This document shows positions 1-13,238 of a DNA stretch of 64,000 nucleotides, piece after piece. Source of the stretch: Chrysomallon squamiferum (lineage: Eukaryota; Animalia; Mollusca). Within the stretch, counting starts at the first letter, position 1; each line of letters starts with the position of its first letter. The stretch covers positions 9,362,001 to 9,426,000 of the forward strand of contig CM022674.1 in assembly GCA_012295275.1 (NCBI GenBank), written 5' to 3'. The translations under genes and the position numbers were made by a program. The notes beneath the pieces were generated by a model. It was not told the DNA's origin and ran no database searches. It saw only the letters and a program-made list of their open reading frames with translations.

Positions 1-2021
1 AAAACTCTTATGAACATGAAGAGGCCAAGTTTATTACATACAGAGGTAATCAAATATTTGGTAGACGAGTTATTTTGACCAGATGGGGAATTCAATGACA
101 TTTGTGTACTCTCAAGCCTTTCATATCTGGATCTTATTCAACACAGATTTAACCGATGTTTGGAAATTCAGCAAACACATGTACACATATAGTTTATCCA
201 AAATGTCTTCTTAATGCATCGGATATCTTTGCGTACCTTAATCTACCAAGGTGATGATATTCATGGGATGGGAACTGATCAGTGAGAACTCGACTGTCTT
301 TAGGATTAAAATAAAAATTATTGCAAGGAGGCAAATAAATAAAGCATAGAGTTATGACTTTAACATACACAACATGTAACTTAGTATTTATTGTAGCAAT
401 ACTCTGGTGAATGTTCTCATTAACAAGAATACCTCTCCATTTAGGCAGTACACCTGTGAAAACGTCCTCTATTTAGTTCCAGAGAGTGAACATAATTGAA
501 GTATTTTGTGAATTATCTGACCTAATAATAAATAATTTTGTTCGTTCATTTTACATGCTTTCGTATGTTTTAATATGGAACGATAGACCTATTTGTTGTT
601 TTTTGTTTGTTTTTTTGAAAAAGGACATCAAAGTTAAGCATAGTTTTGCATTGTACATTTTCAGATCAATCCCGATGGTTTTAATCTTCTGTTTTATTAA
701 ACATATATTCACTGATATACCTGGTCATCAAAAACGATCACTATTAAACATATCAGGTCTTTACTGAACATCAACTGACCACCAAGCTAATAATTTAACT
801 ATTCATCTACTGTTAAATCATGAAACAAATTTTAGCATTTTAGCATATTTCTCCAGATATTAAAATACTTGCAAATCATTAAGATTACTTCAATGAAATA
901 ATCACTCAACAAAAAGCAATACTCAAACAGACCAAGGATAATACATACCAGCCACCACACACAAATGTCAAAAAACCCACCTCTGAATGCATGTTTGGTG
1001 TTCTTTTAGCTCACAATTCACACACATTAAACACTATACCCACTACATTCACAGACATAATTCATCATAATAATACAAAGCAACACATATCACGCATAGC
1101 ACATACCACACTGCTTCAGAGCACAACACACCATACACAAAGTTTGCACCATAACACTAAATACACAGAATAAACCAAACAACAGTGAAAAAATCTCAAT
1201 ATGCTACATATACCACATCCACAAAACGCACCAAAAAACATGAAACGTACAACAAAGAACACTCTCACACAACAGAACACTCAGACGCTGTGCTGGGCAT
1301 GTGTTTTTGACACTGAAACGTATGTTAATACAGACATTTTTACATTTCTTTCATAGTCCAATGTCACAATCAGCTGGTTTATCTAAGAGTAGTTGCCTGA
1401 AGTTGTTATTTTCACTAACTAAAAAATAATGTTTGTGTAATTTCATTTTCCTTTTGATTATTAATTAATTATTATATATTTCTGAAAAAATAGTTTGGCT
1501 TAAAGGGTAAAATAATAATATTAAAATGAAAATACTAATACAATACTATCGGTTATCTTATTTCTTTCAAAGCATTTTTTTTTTAACCTTATTTTAGTGA
1601 GCTATCTCAAAGACTATAGTCATCTAGAACATATAACTTAAAACAAAAGTAGAACTCTTTTTAATCTCCGAATATCTACTGATTTTTATTACAGATTGAA
1701 TCAAAAGTAGCATCCACAGCACAAAGAAGTTTATGATTCTTATAAGCATTAAAAATTACAAAAAGTAATACTCTACTTAAAAAGTTTACAAAAACAAATC
1801 TCATTATACAAACCCTTTTGTTTTTCATTTATCTGCTTTAGCACTATCATTTTATTGAAAAATCTAAATCGTTCTCTTAATTCAAAAATATTTTATTTAC
1901 AAAAGAAATTAGATTGTATTTGTATTTATGGTTAACACTATAAACAGCATAAAAGTTTGAAATAATAATCTATAAATCTAAATTTTACGAAGTAAACATT
2001 ATCACATAATTTTTATAGTAA

Positions 2022-3225
2022 TTATGTTCCCATTCCTCGTGGTCGCTTCTGATTATACTTTTTATACAGAAACCAAATTCGTTTTCTCATTTGATGGTAT
2101 TTTGTGGGATACATCCATTTCATTCGGTTTCCTTGGAAGTGCATCCTTCGAATTAGTCTCTGTAACTCATTGCCACGGAAACCAATAAGCCAGACTGGAC
2201 CTTTAATGAGATCAGCAGGATGGACATCCCCATCACCTAAAATATCTAAACACAAAATGACCAGTTAGATAAACTGAAAGTATAGAAGAAAAAAAATAAA
2301 AAAATAAAAAATAAATAAATAAGTAAATGATAATGTAAACTTTGTTTGTTTTAATAAAAATACATTTCTTTATTAAACTCTAACCTATGTAATCATTCTG
2401 CCCAAACAGTGCCTTCTTCTTTGTCCAAAAATCTTTCGGTATGTAAGTTGGAATAGGCAGCCGATGCCTGGAATTTTTCAGTCTAGGCAAAACACCTTTT
2501 TTATTTTTATGAAAAAGAAAAAAGCCATTATGTAAAGTAAGAACAATTCTTGAAAATAACAATGCATCGAGACATAACAGAGTGAAATGGAAATAAAAGT
2601 TAAGTGTACATGGCTGGGGTTCTTTGTTGTTTTTTTAATTTCTTTTCTCTGTAGCATAAATCTATTTATTTGAATTTGTGTCTTTACATATAAACCCATC
2701 TTTCATACTCTACTACTATTCCAGAATGCTCAAATAACAATTGCTTGTAACCTTTTTCAAAAAAAACAAAATGCAAAAGTTATTATTATAATAATATACA
2801 CTTTAATAAAAAGTAAAATAAAATTATATATAGACTGGTTCGTGAAGTATTATTTGTATCAAAAAGAATTGTCAAAACTGCTTACCTCCCGTCAGGATTT
2901 TTGTTTCATATCCATACCTTCGTGGACCAGGGTTTTTATATGGAGACTGTGGGTCATAAGATTTAGATTCTGATGAATGATTTCGACTGTTAGGATAACA
3001 GTGATTAATTTGTAAGATGGCTGCCACTGGAAACTGGGTTGACTGGAACATTGTTAAATGTTGTGCTGAGGCAATGGTTTCACACAAAGACAAAGATGAC
3101 TTCAGTCTAGTGAATTCTGTAAAAGCTGATAATGATTTGGTGGAAGCTGTCAGCTTGGATGACCATGCTGGGACAGTTTGCATCATTGTGTTAACTTTCA
3201 TTAGATATCTTCCCAGAAATGCCAT
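2022..3225 (-). CDS. MRPL51: Mitochondrial ribosomal protein L51 (mL51), 3 coding exons: 3225-2886, 2495-2385, 2245-2022 (224 aa)
   Basis: GT-AG exons join in phase (340+111+224 nt). The spliced product contains [46 protein letters not shown], matching the mL51 signature FGxNDxIxILG...HP..LI.GP.WL.G..GNELQR. The N-terminus resembles a mitochondrial presequence. A probable non-coding exon 1 ends at a GTAAG donor near 5060. Confidence 0.93.
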
Positions 3226-5060
3226 AATGCTGACTAATTAATTTGTAAAAAAAATGTATAGCAACTAACACTTCAACCAACTATCAGCTGCTCAAGGACA
3301 GAATCCAATTCTAAAAAAGTGAGAAAAGAAATAAATTCATAAAATTTGTGTTGAAAATAGGTAAATATTATTCAAACATGTTCTACCCAGGACATTATAA
3401 ATTAATTCATGCCAATCTGATTTTTTATATGTTACACTGACTACTTAAATCCAAAATAATGTGAATGAAACAATGACATCCTAAAAAATAGTCATGATTA
3501 TTGTATAGGTATGTTACAAAAGCCATTTCTCTGCTGCAGCAAATTTGTGACTTGAAATTACTTTCCTTGAAGGGTGTTCCATCATTATTTTAAAATATTA
3601 TTCAAAATCTCAAAAATCATGATATAATACACTTATTCAGCTTTATCTTTGTATTAATTTCTTGACATGTGATCTTTGATAAACAATATAGAATCAACAG
3701 ACAAGTTTACCATTTCAAAATGATCATAGTGACTATAGTAAACTTATTCAAGGCTTAAAATCATACACAAGTTGCAGATTATGCCTTTCTCTCGTAGTCT
3801 GCCAAATATATATGGTGTAGCAGGTACTTAATTTAGGGTGCCAAGAAGTGTGGTGTTTTTAGCAGATGACACCATAGCTATAGTTGATGTTGCCAATGTC
3901 TGAAAATTCAATATTTGTTAATTGTGTGCAATGTAAATTTGTGAAGTAATATTCTAGTTTTAGATATTTTCTTTCTGAAAAAGATGCTAATTATGAACAT
4001 ATTATATTCTCTATTAATTTTTTTTTACATTTATGTAATGATAGTGTAAGGCAAATTAATGTTAATTAATATTATGTAACTGGTAAAACATAAAAAATGA
4101 AACTACTCATAAGTTTTAAAAAATTAAATTTCTATGGAGTTTTTCAGAAATATACACAGGTTGGACACATTTGTGTGAATCAGTGCAATTGATTAATTAA
4201 CTTAGACTTAGCAAAATTATTAACAATACATGTATGCTGCCTTACTGGTTTGAAAGTATATGAGATATATAGTGTTTATATTGCCATATGACTGAAATGA
4301 ATCAGTTTGTACTCAGATTGGGACAAAAAAAAAAAGTGTTAATTTCAATTAAGAATAAGAACAAATTCATAACTTTTTTCATAACAATGTTGTTGTTGTT
4401 TTTTTCTTTCTTTCTTTATTTTTAATTTTTTTAATTTTTGGTGGTGCTTTTTCTGATTATTTATTATTTTATAAGAAACTGACATACCTATAATAATGAT
4501 TACTTATTATTAGAATCGTAGTCTAAACTAAGGTGAATAAAATAATAGTAATACTAGTAACAGTAATAGTAATAATATATTAATAAATAAATTACTTAAA
4601 TTATTTAATTTACTAATACTAGCAATGTATCATATTTTATTATATTGTCAAATGAAAAAAGATGTATTTTATACCAGTTAAAAGAAAACCAGTCCCTGGA
4701 ATAAAAACAAAACACTTTTGATGATATCCATGATAGTGTAAATTTGTGAAGTAATATTCTAGTTTTAGATATTTTCTTTCTGATAAATAAGCTGATTATG
4801 AACATATTCTCTATTAAGTTTTTTACATTTATGTAAATTTTACATGTAAAAGACATCACATTTCAAAGTTTTTTTGAAGGGGTCTTTTTTTTTTTTTTTT
4901 TTTTCTTTAAAGTCGACAACCGTAAATCACCAAAAACATATTTCAAGTTTTATATTTATTTAATTTGAATTAGCTGTTCAATGTAGTTTTTATTTTATTT
5001 TATTTATTTATTTTATTTTATTTTTTTTTTTTTTTATGAAGACCTTAAGAGTAGTCTTAC

Positions 5061-5254
5061 TGAGTTAAATATTATGTTCTTGGCTTGTTTCAGTTGATGA
5101 ATGAGCTTGAGATAATGCCTTAGTAAGAGCTGTCGTTCGTCAATACTAGAATAGATAACTTTTCTGTTATTTTGATGTTTACTTCTGCAGACGACCCTAT
5201 AGAGTTGTCGTTCCTGAGATTTTTACTCCAGTCCCGGAGCCCCCATCCCTGGCG
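5061..5254. promoter_or_regulatory. Probable bidirectional promoter/5' region shared by MRPL51 (-) and MAD2L2 (+)
   Basis: Locally CpG-enriched segment between a minus-strand donor (5056-5060) and a plus-strand ATG (5255). Contains the direct repeat AGAG(C/T)TGTCGTTC at 5126-5138 and 5201-5213. Confidence 0.55.
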
Positions 5255-5947
5255 ATGTCAGAGATCGGATCCAAGATAGGCATGCCTGAACCTATTTCTA
5301 GATATGGGAACATAAGAAGAGTTTCCATACCCATAATGATTGTTGTTTTTTTTGTTTTTTTACTAATCGGGCACTAACGCTTCACTTCAAATGGCTGTTA
5401 AACAATAAATACGGTAGTTATTTGTAAAATACAAGGCAGAATGGGTCTAAATTTTCCATTCGAATAACAATAATCTATTCAGCCCAATCCATTTTTTTGT
5501 TAAGAAATTCCCCAAACAAAATAAATTGATATTTGACCTCATTTTGCTTTAAAACACACAGTAAATCAGCGTAACATTTTGAAAGATAAAAAAAAAAAAA
5601 AAAAAAAAGCCAGCGCCACTAGCGGTCATTAGCTTAAATACCTTTATTAGCATTGGCTATCGAAAGCAATTAAATGCCTTTGGTACTCCGTTTATTAGTT
5701 ATCTTCTAAGATTTATATAATAAAATGTTTTCAAATATACATACCACATACGGTAAGGATAATTACACATTATTCTACGTGCATTGTCAGGCACGTTCGC
5801 ATGGATGCGGACATTATTATTCTTCTTTACATTTATGTTCCTCCTTAGGCACATTAGCCAAATTTACTTCTGTTAATCTGATGGAATAAAATAATATATT
5901 AATGATTATTTAAAGCTTGACAGTGATGAACATAGTAAAGAATGTGA

Positions 5948-5993
<46 letters not shown>

Positions 5994-8900
5994 ATATTTG
6001 TTAAGAATTTTGTCTTTTTCTGCTTTTTGCAATAATTTAACTGATAGTCCGGGTGATGATTTTCGAATGATGCTGTGAAGATTTACTTCGTAGTACCTCT
6101 ATTATTCAGATAGTTTGATGGTAGATTTATTTTGGCTATCATCCTAAGAATGCTTCTGGACTTCAAATTAAGGTATGACTGATTTTTTTTAGAAACAACT
6201 GAATGAATGCGGGAGCTACAAAAACATATATAGTTGTGTTTATAAGACATTTTACTCACCTGACATTTGCTAAATGTACAACTGCTTACATGAAAAATTT
6301 AAAAATGGACGACTGCCCATAGCGAGAATTTTTCTTCTCTCTCTTTTTTAAAAATTATTATTATTATTATTATGAGGATATTTTTGGAAAGATGTGATTA
6401 ACATGATTATTAATTGATTTAATTTAAAATCATTTTCACATATACGTTTCTTTTATCAAAACACACCATGCAGTAATTGCAATCAAGATGTCATAGTTCT
6501 CCAAGATCAATAGAGTCTTTGATTTTTAATCGATTTCTTGTTCAAGACTGGGTTATTCTAATTGATTGGAAAATGGCAATCAACGTGCCAAAAGCTTATA
6601 AAAATCCCTTGATAAATGCTCCTTCGGAGCAACTCCCATCTAAGAAAGTCAAAAGTTGAGTTATTCTGACTGACTTTTTAAAAGTTCTATTTAATATGTT
6701 ATCATTCAGAGCTATTCAACATTTGGATTTCTTTTGGTACATTGTATAGTCACGGATAAAAAAAGGAGATTATCAAGTCAAATAGAGGCAAAGACCAGCT
6801 GTGCCACATTTGCCAGATGTATGTGCAGACGATCGCCAAGAAAGACTGGATTCGCTAGGTCAGCCACAAGCAACGTTCCAGAGAATATATAAGTGCTCTG
6901 TTACCCAGTGTTACCTGTTAGCATCATAGATCATTAGAAAATCACAACTAGCTTCAATTATTGTGATCCATTTTCATAGAGTAGAGGATATCAGTTGATC
7001 GCAGTATTTTAGGCGTCTCGAAGTTTTTGCAGTCGAATTTATCAGGAAGAAATCCAGTTAAATTGTAAACAGATGATGTAATTGTGTAAATAAAATTTCT
7101 TATTTGACATAATTTTCTTTTGTCTGGCGTGGGCAACTGTTCATTTTGTAACTTTGTGGGTCACTATCCGGCGGGTAAATGCCTGGTGAGCTAATGTTCT
7201 GGCACTACATGTACAATCATACATATAGCTGTTATTAATCCGTCAACTAAGCTAATATGTATTTAATCAAATTCTTCTCCTTAGGTTAATGATATAATTT
7301 TATTTAGGGTGCTCCCAGCGATATTAGCAATGTCATCAGAAAAAAATATAATAATAAAATAAAAGAATTAGAAAATTAATTAAATTTAAAAATTTAAAAT
7401 AATATTAATAAATAATAATAATAATAATAATAATAAAATGATTATCAAAGACATCTATTTCTTAAAAATAGCTTCCGTCAAATGTAATGTTGAAAATTTT
7501 ATACTATTCTAAATAAATTTGTTTAAAGCACCATGAGTACTCAGGAGATATGATGATATATTATACTATATATTCTTGATTACTGATTCCAATAAAACAT
7601 TTCTATAAATGATAAATGCATTTGTGGACATTAAATAGATGGAAATAGTCAATATGGCCGTAACTGAAATAAAAAAACAGTGTAAATTCAGGATTAAATT
7701 CCTCGTTCTACATTTTCTCCATCAAGGCATTAAATGAAAATAGATATAAATCCTAAAACAAATATTTACACAAGTTATGTTTGAAATTTGTTTTGTATGT
7801 TGTAACAGGGATATCTTTTCAGTACATCAAAGCTTGTATGTCATCAAACGTCTTCCATCACAAAGTAATAAACTATTAGGATTTCAGACGTTGTTACCCG
7901 GTATAAAGTTAACTGAAGGTTCAATCCACTAAACAGTTAACAAGAATTATATATCCAAAACAAAAGAATAACTTATGTAAAGACTTATTATCTTTTATTT
8001 TATAAACTGAAAGTTAAACTAATTAAAGTTCTGTTCAGAATTCAAAGAACAATCAAATGTTGATTGTTCAGACCACTGAAAGAAATTCCAAACAAAAGTC
8101 AGAATTCATGAATTATTTATACTGTCAATATATTTCAAAGTTAAAGTTCACAGATCCCAGAATATTTATCGTTGTTCGTACAAGAACGAACAATATTTCA
8201 TTAGACCTTCGCACAAGAATGAACGAACGACTTCTCGTCACTGTAACGACTTTCAGTTTGATGAGACCAAACAAAACGGAAACTGTTTCAGTGTCACTGA
8301 CGGGATAGTGAGGAGAAGACGACGTGTTGGTGTTCTCCCCAAAGCATTAAATTAAAAACTTTGTCTTTACATAACATGTTGAGAATTAACTAACAACTTG
8401 TATACTACCAAAAACAACGAAGCTGGACTAAGTCACGCCTTGAAAAATCAAAGATTATTAATAAACAAAAAACAAAAAGCAAAAAAAAATTATTTCTCGT
8501 GAAAATGCAAGTTTCTTATTAACTAATATACAAATTAGTGTCTGCAGTAACACAAAATGAAAATAAGTTGTTTACGACTAATTAAACATAGGTTTGTTTC
8601 AATACACTCAGTGAAAACGTGGAAGTAGATCGTCACGCTATAATAATCAGTTTCTATTATCATCATTTCATGTATAAAAGATTATCTCCAATCATATAAT
8701 ACAGCCAGTAGCACATCTCCATATACACTATAAATTGTTTCCACTGACAGAGATATGACTTTTAGCAATCTAATGTCTGACATATATATATGCTGTTCGT
8801 TCAATCAGTGCAAATGGGGCAGCTCCTTTTGACGTATGGAGTCAGTATATCAAACTATAACTGTACCAGATCTTTCAAATGTGGCATTATACTGCTTAGT

Positions 8901-9052
8901 ACAACCACGCCAGCAGCAATGTTAACAAATGTAAAGCAGTCGTCAATGTCAAAAATCACAAATCATAGTCGAAAAATTATTGACCAATGTGACCATGTGA
9001 TTGTTTCTTGTAACTCCTGTCTCTGGATGCCATCTTTTATTTTATTTTAAGA

Positions 9053-9101
<49 letters not shown>

Positions 9102-9426
9102 GTATCTTTTTTTTCAATTTTCTTGCTTTTAATAATAGCTACGTTTACCTAGTTTACCAAGTTAATTTTGCTATTTCGTTTGTGTTTACGTTTATGTATA
9201 TTTTTAAAACAAAGCGATTATTATTATTATTTATTTATTATTATCCCCCCCCATGAAGAAATACTGTTTATCGTTCATTTTAGTTCCTTTATCACAGGGG
9301 TCGTCAACCTTTTGGAGAGAGTGGGCCAGACAGTTATGCAGTGTTTTGGATGAGTGCCAATATATCAAATGTATTATATATATATAGACAGACAGACAGA
9401 CAGACACACACACACACATACATACA

Positions 9427-9494
<68 letters not shown>

Positions 9495-10218
9495 ACACAC
9501 ACACCCACACACACACCGATAGCTCTCGCTCTCTATCAATTCTGTGTTCAATGTTGAGCACCAAAATGGATGCTAGGAAGCAAAGCTGCTTTGGTCTAGA
9601 GGTTTAAAGAAAAAACAACGAAATTAATGTAATAATTGCGATCCAAGTGTTCGGTTGGCCAAGGGTTGCCGACCCTTGCTTTATAATTAATTTAATTTCT
9701 ATGTTGGGGAGCTGTCAAATGTCTAAATTCTGCCCTGCATCTGTCTTCAAAAATACATCGTCTTACGCACATCTTAAATCTGTTTAGTTATTCAGAATAA
9801 TATTTATATATATTTTTTATAATGCCACTATTATATATTAAATCAGTACTTTGAAATGATGATATTGATAGTTTTTAGCGAACTAAGGACATTATTCGGC
9901 GTAGCATAAGTGGAGCAACTTGTAAACAAATGGCTGTTTTGCATTATTCCTGATGGAAACTGAAAACTTTGATGTTCTGCAGGGTAGTGTGTCTTTTTTA
10001 AAATTATTATTTGGGCATGCATTCCGATATAATTTGACAGAACCATTTTATTAATTTACTGAGTTGCCGTAACATTTTTTGAAAATTTCAAATACAGCTG
10101 ACCACTGTGACATAATGTCAAGTCATGTATACAGTATACACAAAAAAAGTCAAAATAAAATATAAACATATTCTGTTGTTAAATTTCAAATAAATCATGT
10201 CTGTTGTCTTAGTTAAGT

Positions 10219-10280
<62 letters not shown>

Positions 10281-13238
10281 GAGGAGGAAGAAAAGAAATA
10301 TTCAAAACAAACATGACAACTAACTTAATGAGTAATATCAGCTGATAAAATATTATTAAGTAGTGAATAGTATATGGTGTAAAAGAAACATGAGTTAAAT
10401 AACTATTCTGCAAGTGTAATCTGTTTGTATATTGTGATATTTGAAAATATATTTTGTGATATACTTAGAAGAGAATATTAATTGGGAAAAATCTTGGCCT
10501 TTGGTTTTAATATTTTTGTGCAAGTAATCAATGTTGTACTATGTGAAACTATGCACTGACTGATTGTGATTTACGATTGCATCATGCTAACATATAAATA
10601 GTTTTAAAATCATTGACATCCAGTATTAAAGGGCCATTGAATTTTTTGATTATGCAAACGAGTTTACCATATCAATTTCTGATTTTTGGATTTTCTTTAA
10701 AAGTTATGGTCTTTCTTTTCATCTATATGTGTGTGTTTTCATTAAAATAGGAATGTATGTTTTTACAGTTTCATTAATTATTTTTCAGTTTCATGTGATA
10801 TCCTGAGAGAATTTTTGGAAGTTGCTATTCATTGTGTTTTGTACGTACGTGGTGTTTACCCACCTGGGGTGTTTGAAAACACAAAGAAGTATAATGTCCC
10901 AGTTCAGGTTAAAATCAAATCAAATCATTTATTTTAAAATTTAGAATATTGAATTTATATACTCAAGGACTAACAGAAACGATTTTTGTATTTTTAATGT
11001 GTATTTACATAATAATTTTTAGATTAAATTTTGACTTTAAATTTTTATTATTTCTATTTAATATTTCAGTGTTTTAATTATAACTTACAACAATTAAAAA
11101 ATAATTTTATAAACACTGCATTTTTTTTTTTTTTTTTGTATGCATGTTAGATGTGCAAGCATCCAGAGGTGAGTCATTACATTTCTAGACTTATAGAAGG
11201 AGTTGCAGTTCTTCTTGATCAAAAACTGGTGAATAAAATTGTCATTGTGATACTGAATGGAAGTAAATTACCATTGGAGCATTTTGTTTTTCAAATTGGT
11301 TTGCCACTTCCAAAAAGCAGGTGATAATTTTATTTAAAAGTAACACATTTTATCACAAATATAATTTCTATTTTTAATTACTTTAATCAGTGTTTTTTAA
11401 TGTAACACATTTATGATTTATAGTGAGATAATTTCAGACATATCATGGCCATAACTACATTGAGGCAAATGAGGCAAATGTCTTTTTTAAAGTTTAAATT
11501 ATGTATTTTTATTTTTAGATAAAAAGATTTTAATAAAAAAATTGAAAATAAAAATCTCTGTTCCAGTAGAAACAATATCCACTGAATGAATTTGTTTATG
11601 TCTATGGTTACCATTTGATTTCTGCCAACATTGCTGCAATGAAAATATAAATGACTTCAAAGACATCAGACAGGTTTATCAAAAACCTGATGATTTAAGG
11701 AATAAAACATCCTTTTCACACATTTCAGTCTTAGCCTGGTTCTAGCTCACCCAAATTTGTTTGCCCTGCTCGGCATGGCAGTTAAATGTTTTGCCTCATT
11801 TCAAAAAGAGTGTTGTTACGGCCATGCACATAGCAATGATAAGCCCCTGAATACGCCAAACAAAATATGCTGTGGTAATAAGAATAAAACCAATTTAGGT
11901 ACATTGCAAAAACATGGGTGACGAACACACCTCTTTTGCTCATTTTATTTCTTATGTAAATTTAACATTTCAGAGCTGACTCCTATCTGTATGGTTTAGA
12001 ACAATCACTTAGGGCTTTCATCCTCAAACTGAGCATCTGTGATGAGTTATTACAACCTTTGCCATCTGGTAAAAACAATTTTGATATTATTCAAACCTCT
12101 AATGTACAAAGGGGCCAACATATATTTTGTACATCTCTTATCTTTATAAATGCAAAATATATTGTTTGGTTGTATTACCAGAGTTAGATACTGAGTGTTG
12201 CATTTAAGTTTACACCAAAGCTTTTTTAACACTGATAAATGTCTTCTCTTAATGTGCAATCTAAAAATAAAAAAAATAAAAAGAATGCAAAAGTAATTGC
12301 ATAAAGAGGTGAACCAACAAGTACACAAAGTTTGTTTTTCCAGACTGTTTGTGGGCAGTCCATATTCACACACAGGATTCTGCAATACCGAAATTGGAGG
12401 AAGAACTAAATTATCTGGTAGGTAATGCCTAGTTAATTTATGAATTCTAAAAGTACAATTCTAAAATTTAAAATGTTGCAACAAAGGTAACATTTGATTT
12501 GAGAGATGCACTCTACACAACTTAACAAGATAGTTTAACTTGTATGGTTGTGTTTATATTTGCAAACTATATTTTTTGTTTCAGAATTTTCTTTGGGTAG
12601 AAGCAGATGAAAAGGAACAGATAGTACCAGAGGCAAATCTTGTACCTCTTAAATCAATGAAGTCAGACTTGTTTCAGGTGAGAGTTAATTGCAGACTTGA
12701 AGACACAAATATAATTTCTTGGAACGATTGTTTAATGATTAAAACAGTTGTGCAAGGGAATAGCTCTCTCATTAAATTACTTTATCTTCTTACATCACTG
12801 AAAAATGTAAACTTTCTGTTGTTATGTTATGTAAATGTCTAGCAATTTGCTCCAAGTTAGTTGTGTCTGTTAATTAATTAAATGGCATTTTGAAATCATG
12901 GAGTTCCTAATACATAGCTGGAACAACAAGCAGCTGAATACTTATATTTGGATGATAAGTTGCTACCACTAAATTGTTTTCTTTCTGAGGTATTTCAAAT
13001 AATCAGATATTTAGATGATTATGATCATTAATTATTTGTTTATTTAAATACTGCCATTAAATACAAGCTTCTTGTAGAAATTAGAAATAATAAACAGGCA
13101 TTTGAATAAAGTTAGTTTAGGTTTATTATTATACAAGAATTTGTTTATTTCTGTTTAGTTTGTGGAAATAATTTACAAATTGTTTAAAATCTGTTTCAGA
13201 TGCAGTTATATGTTGAGGAACGTAGTTATAAAATTTGA
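5255..13238 (+). CDS. MAD2L2: MAD2L2/REV7 HORMA-domain protein. Exons 5255-5279 (tentative), 10789-10907, 11151-11320, 11974-12068, 12344-12417, 12585-12677, 13200-13238 (about 204 aa)
   Basis: In-phase GT-AG exons translate to [46 protein letters not shown]...[16 protein letters not shown]...[25 protein letters not shown], colinear with REV7. The first exon is inferred and needs a GC donor. Confidence 0.93.
5949..5991. repeat. (CA)n microsatellite
   Basis: Perfect dinucleotide run. Confidence 0.95.
8231..8318 (+). ncRNA. Degenerate type I hammerhead-ribozyme-like motif
   Basis: TCAGT-TTGATGA-GACC...GGAAAC-TGTTTCAGT-GTC-ACTGA. Stem I (TCAGT/ACTGA) closes the motif, and an outer inverted repeat CTTCTCGTCACT/AGTGAGGAGAAG extends it. 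The core and stem II are imperfect. Confidence 0.35.
9057..9100. repeat. (ATT)n microsatellite
   Basis: Perfect trinucleotide run. Confidence 0.9.
9295..9678. mobile_element. Non-autonomous hAT (Buster/Charlie-type) MITE containing a compound microsatellite
   Basis: TIRs CAGGGGTCGTCAACC / GGTTGCCGACCCTTG. 8-bp TSD CTTTATCA / CTTTATAA (7/8 match, central TA). Internal TA, CAGA, CA and TACA repeats at about 9374-9515. Confidence 0.8.
10220..10279. repeat. (AAT)n microsatellite
   Basis: Perfect trinucleotide run; it produces the spurious poly-Tyr ORF. Confidence 0.95.

Noticed and set aside
3932-4836. About 100-bp direct duplication (3932-4037 vs 4737-4836) in the MRPL51 5' intron
   Set aside because: Real, but has no TSD, TIR or coding signal; an ordinary local duplication.
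7161-7195. Helentron/HINE-like terminus (GGTGAGCTAAT; a similar CAGGCGAGCTAAT at about 44031)
   Set aside because: I could not identify the partner end or 3' hairpin, so no element can be delimited.
9231-10413. Tyr/Ile/His/Thr-repeat ORFs
   Set aside because: Translations of microsatellites.
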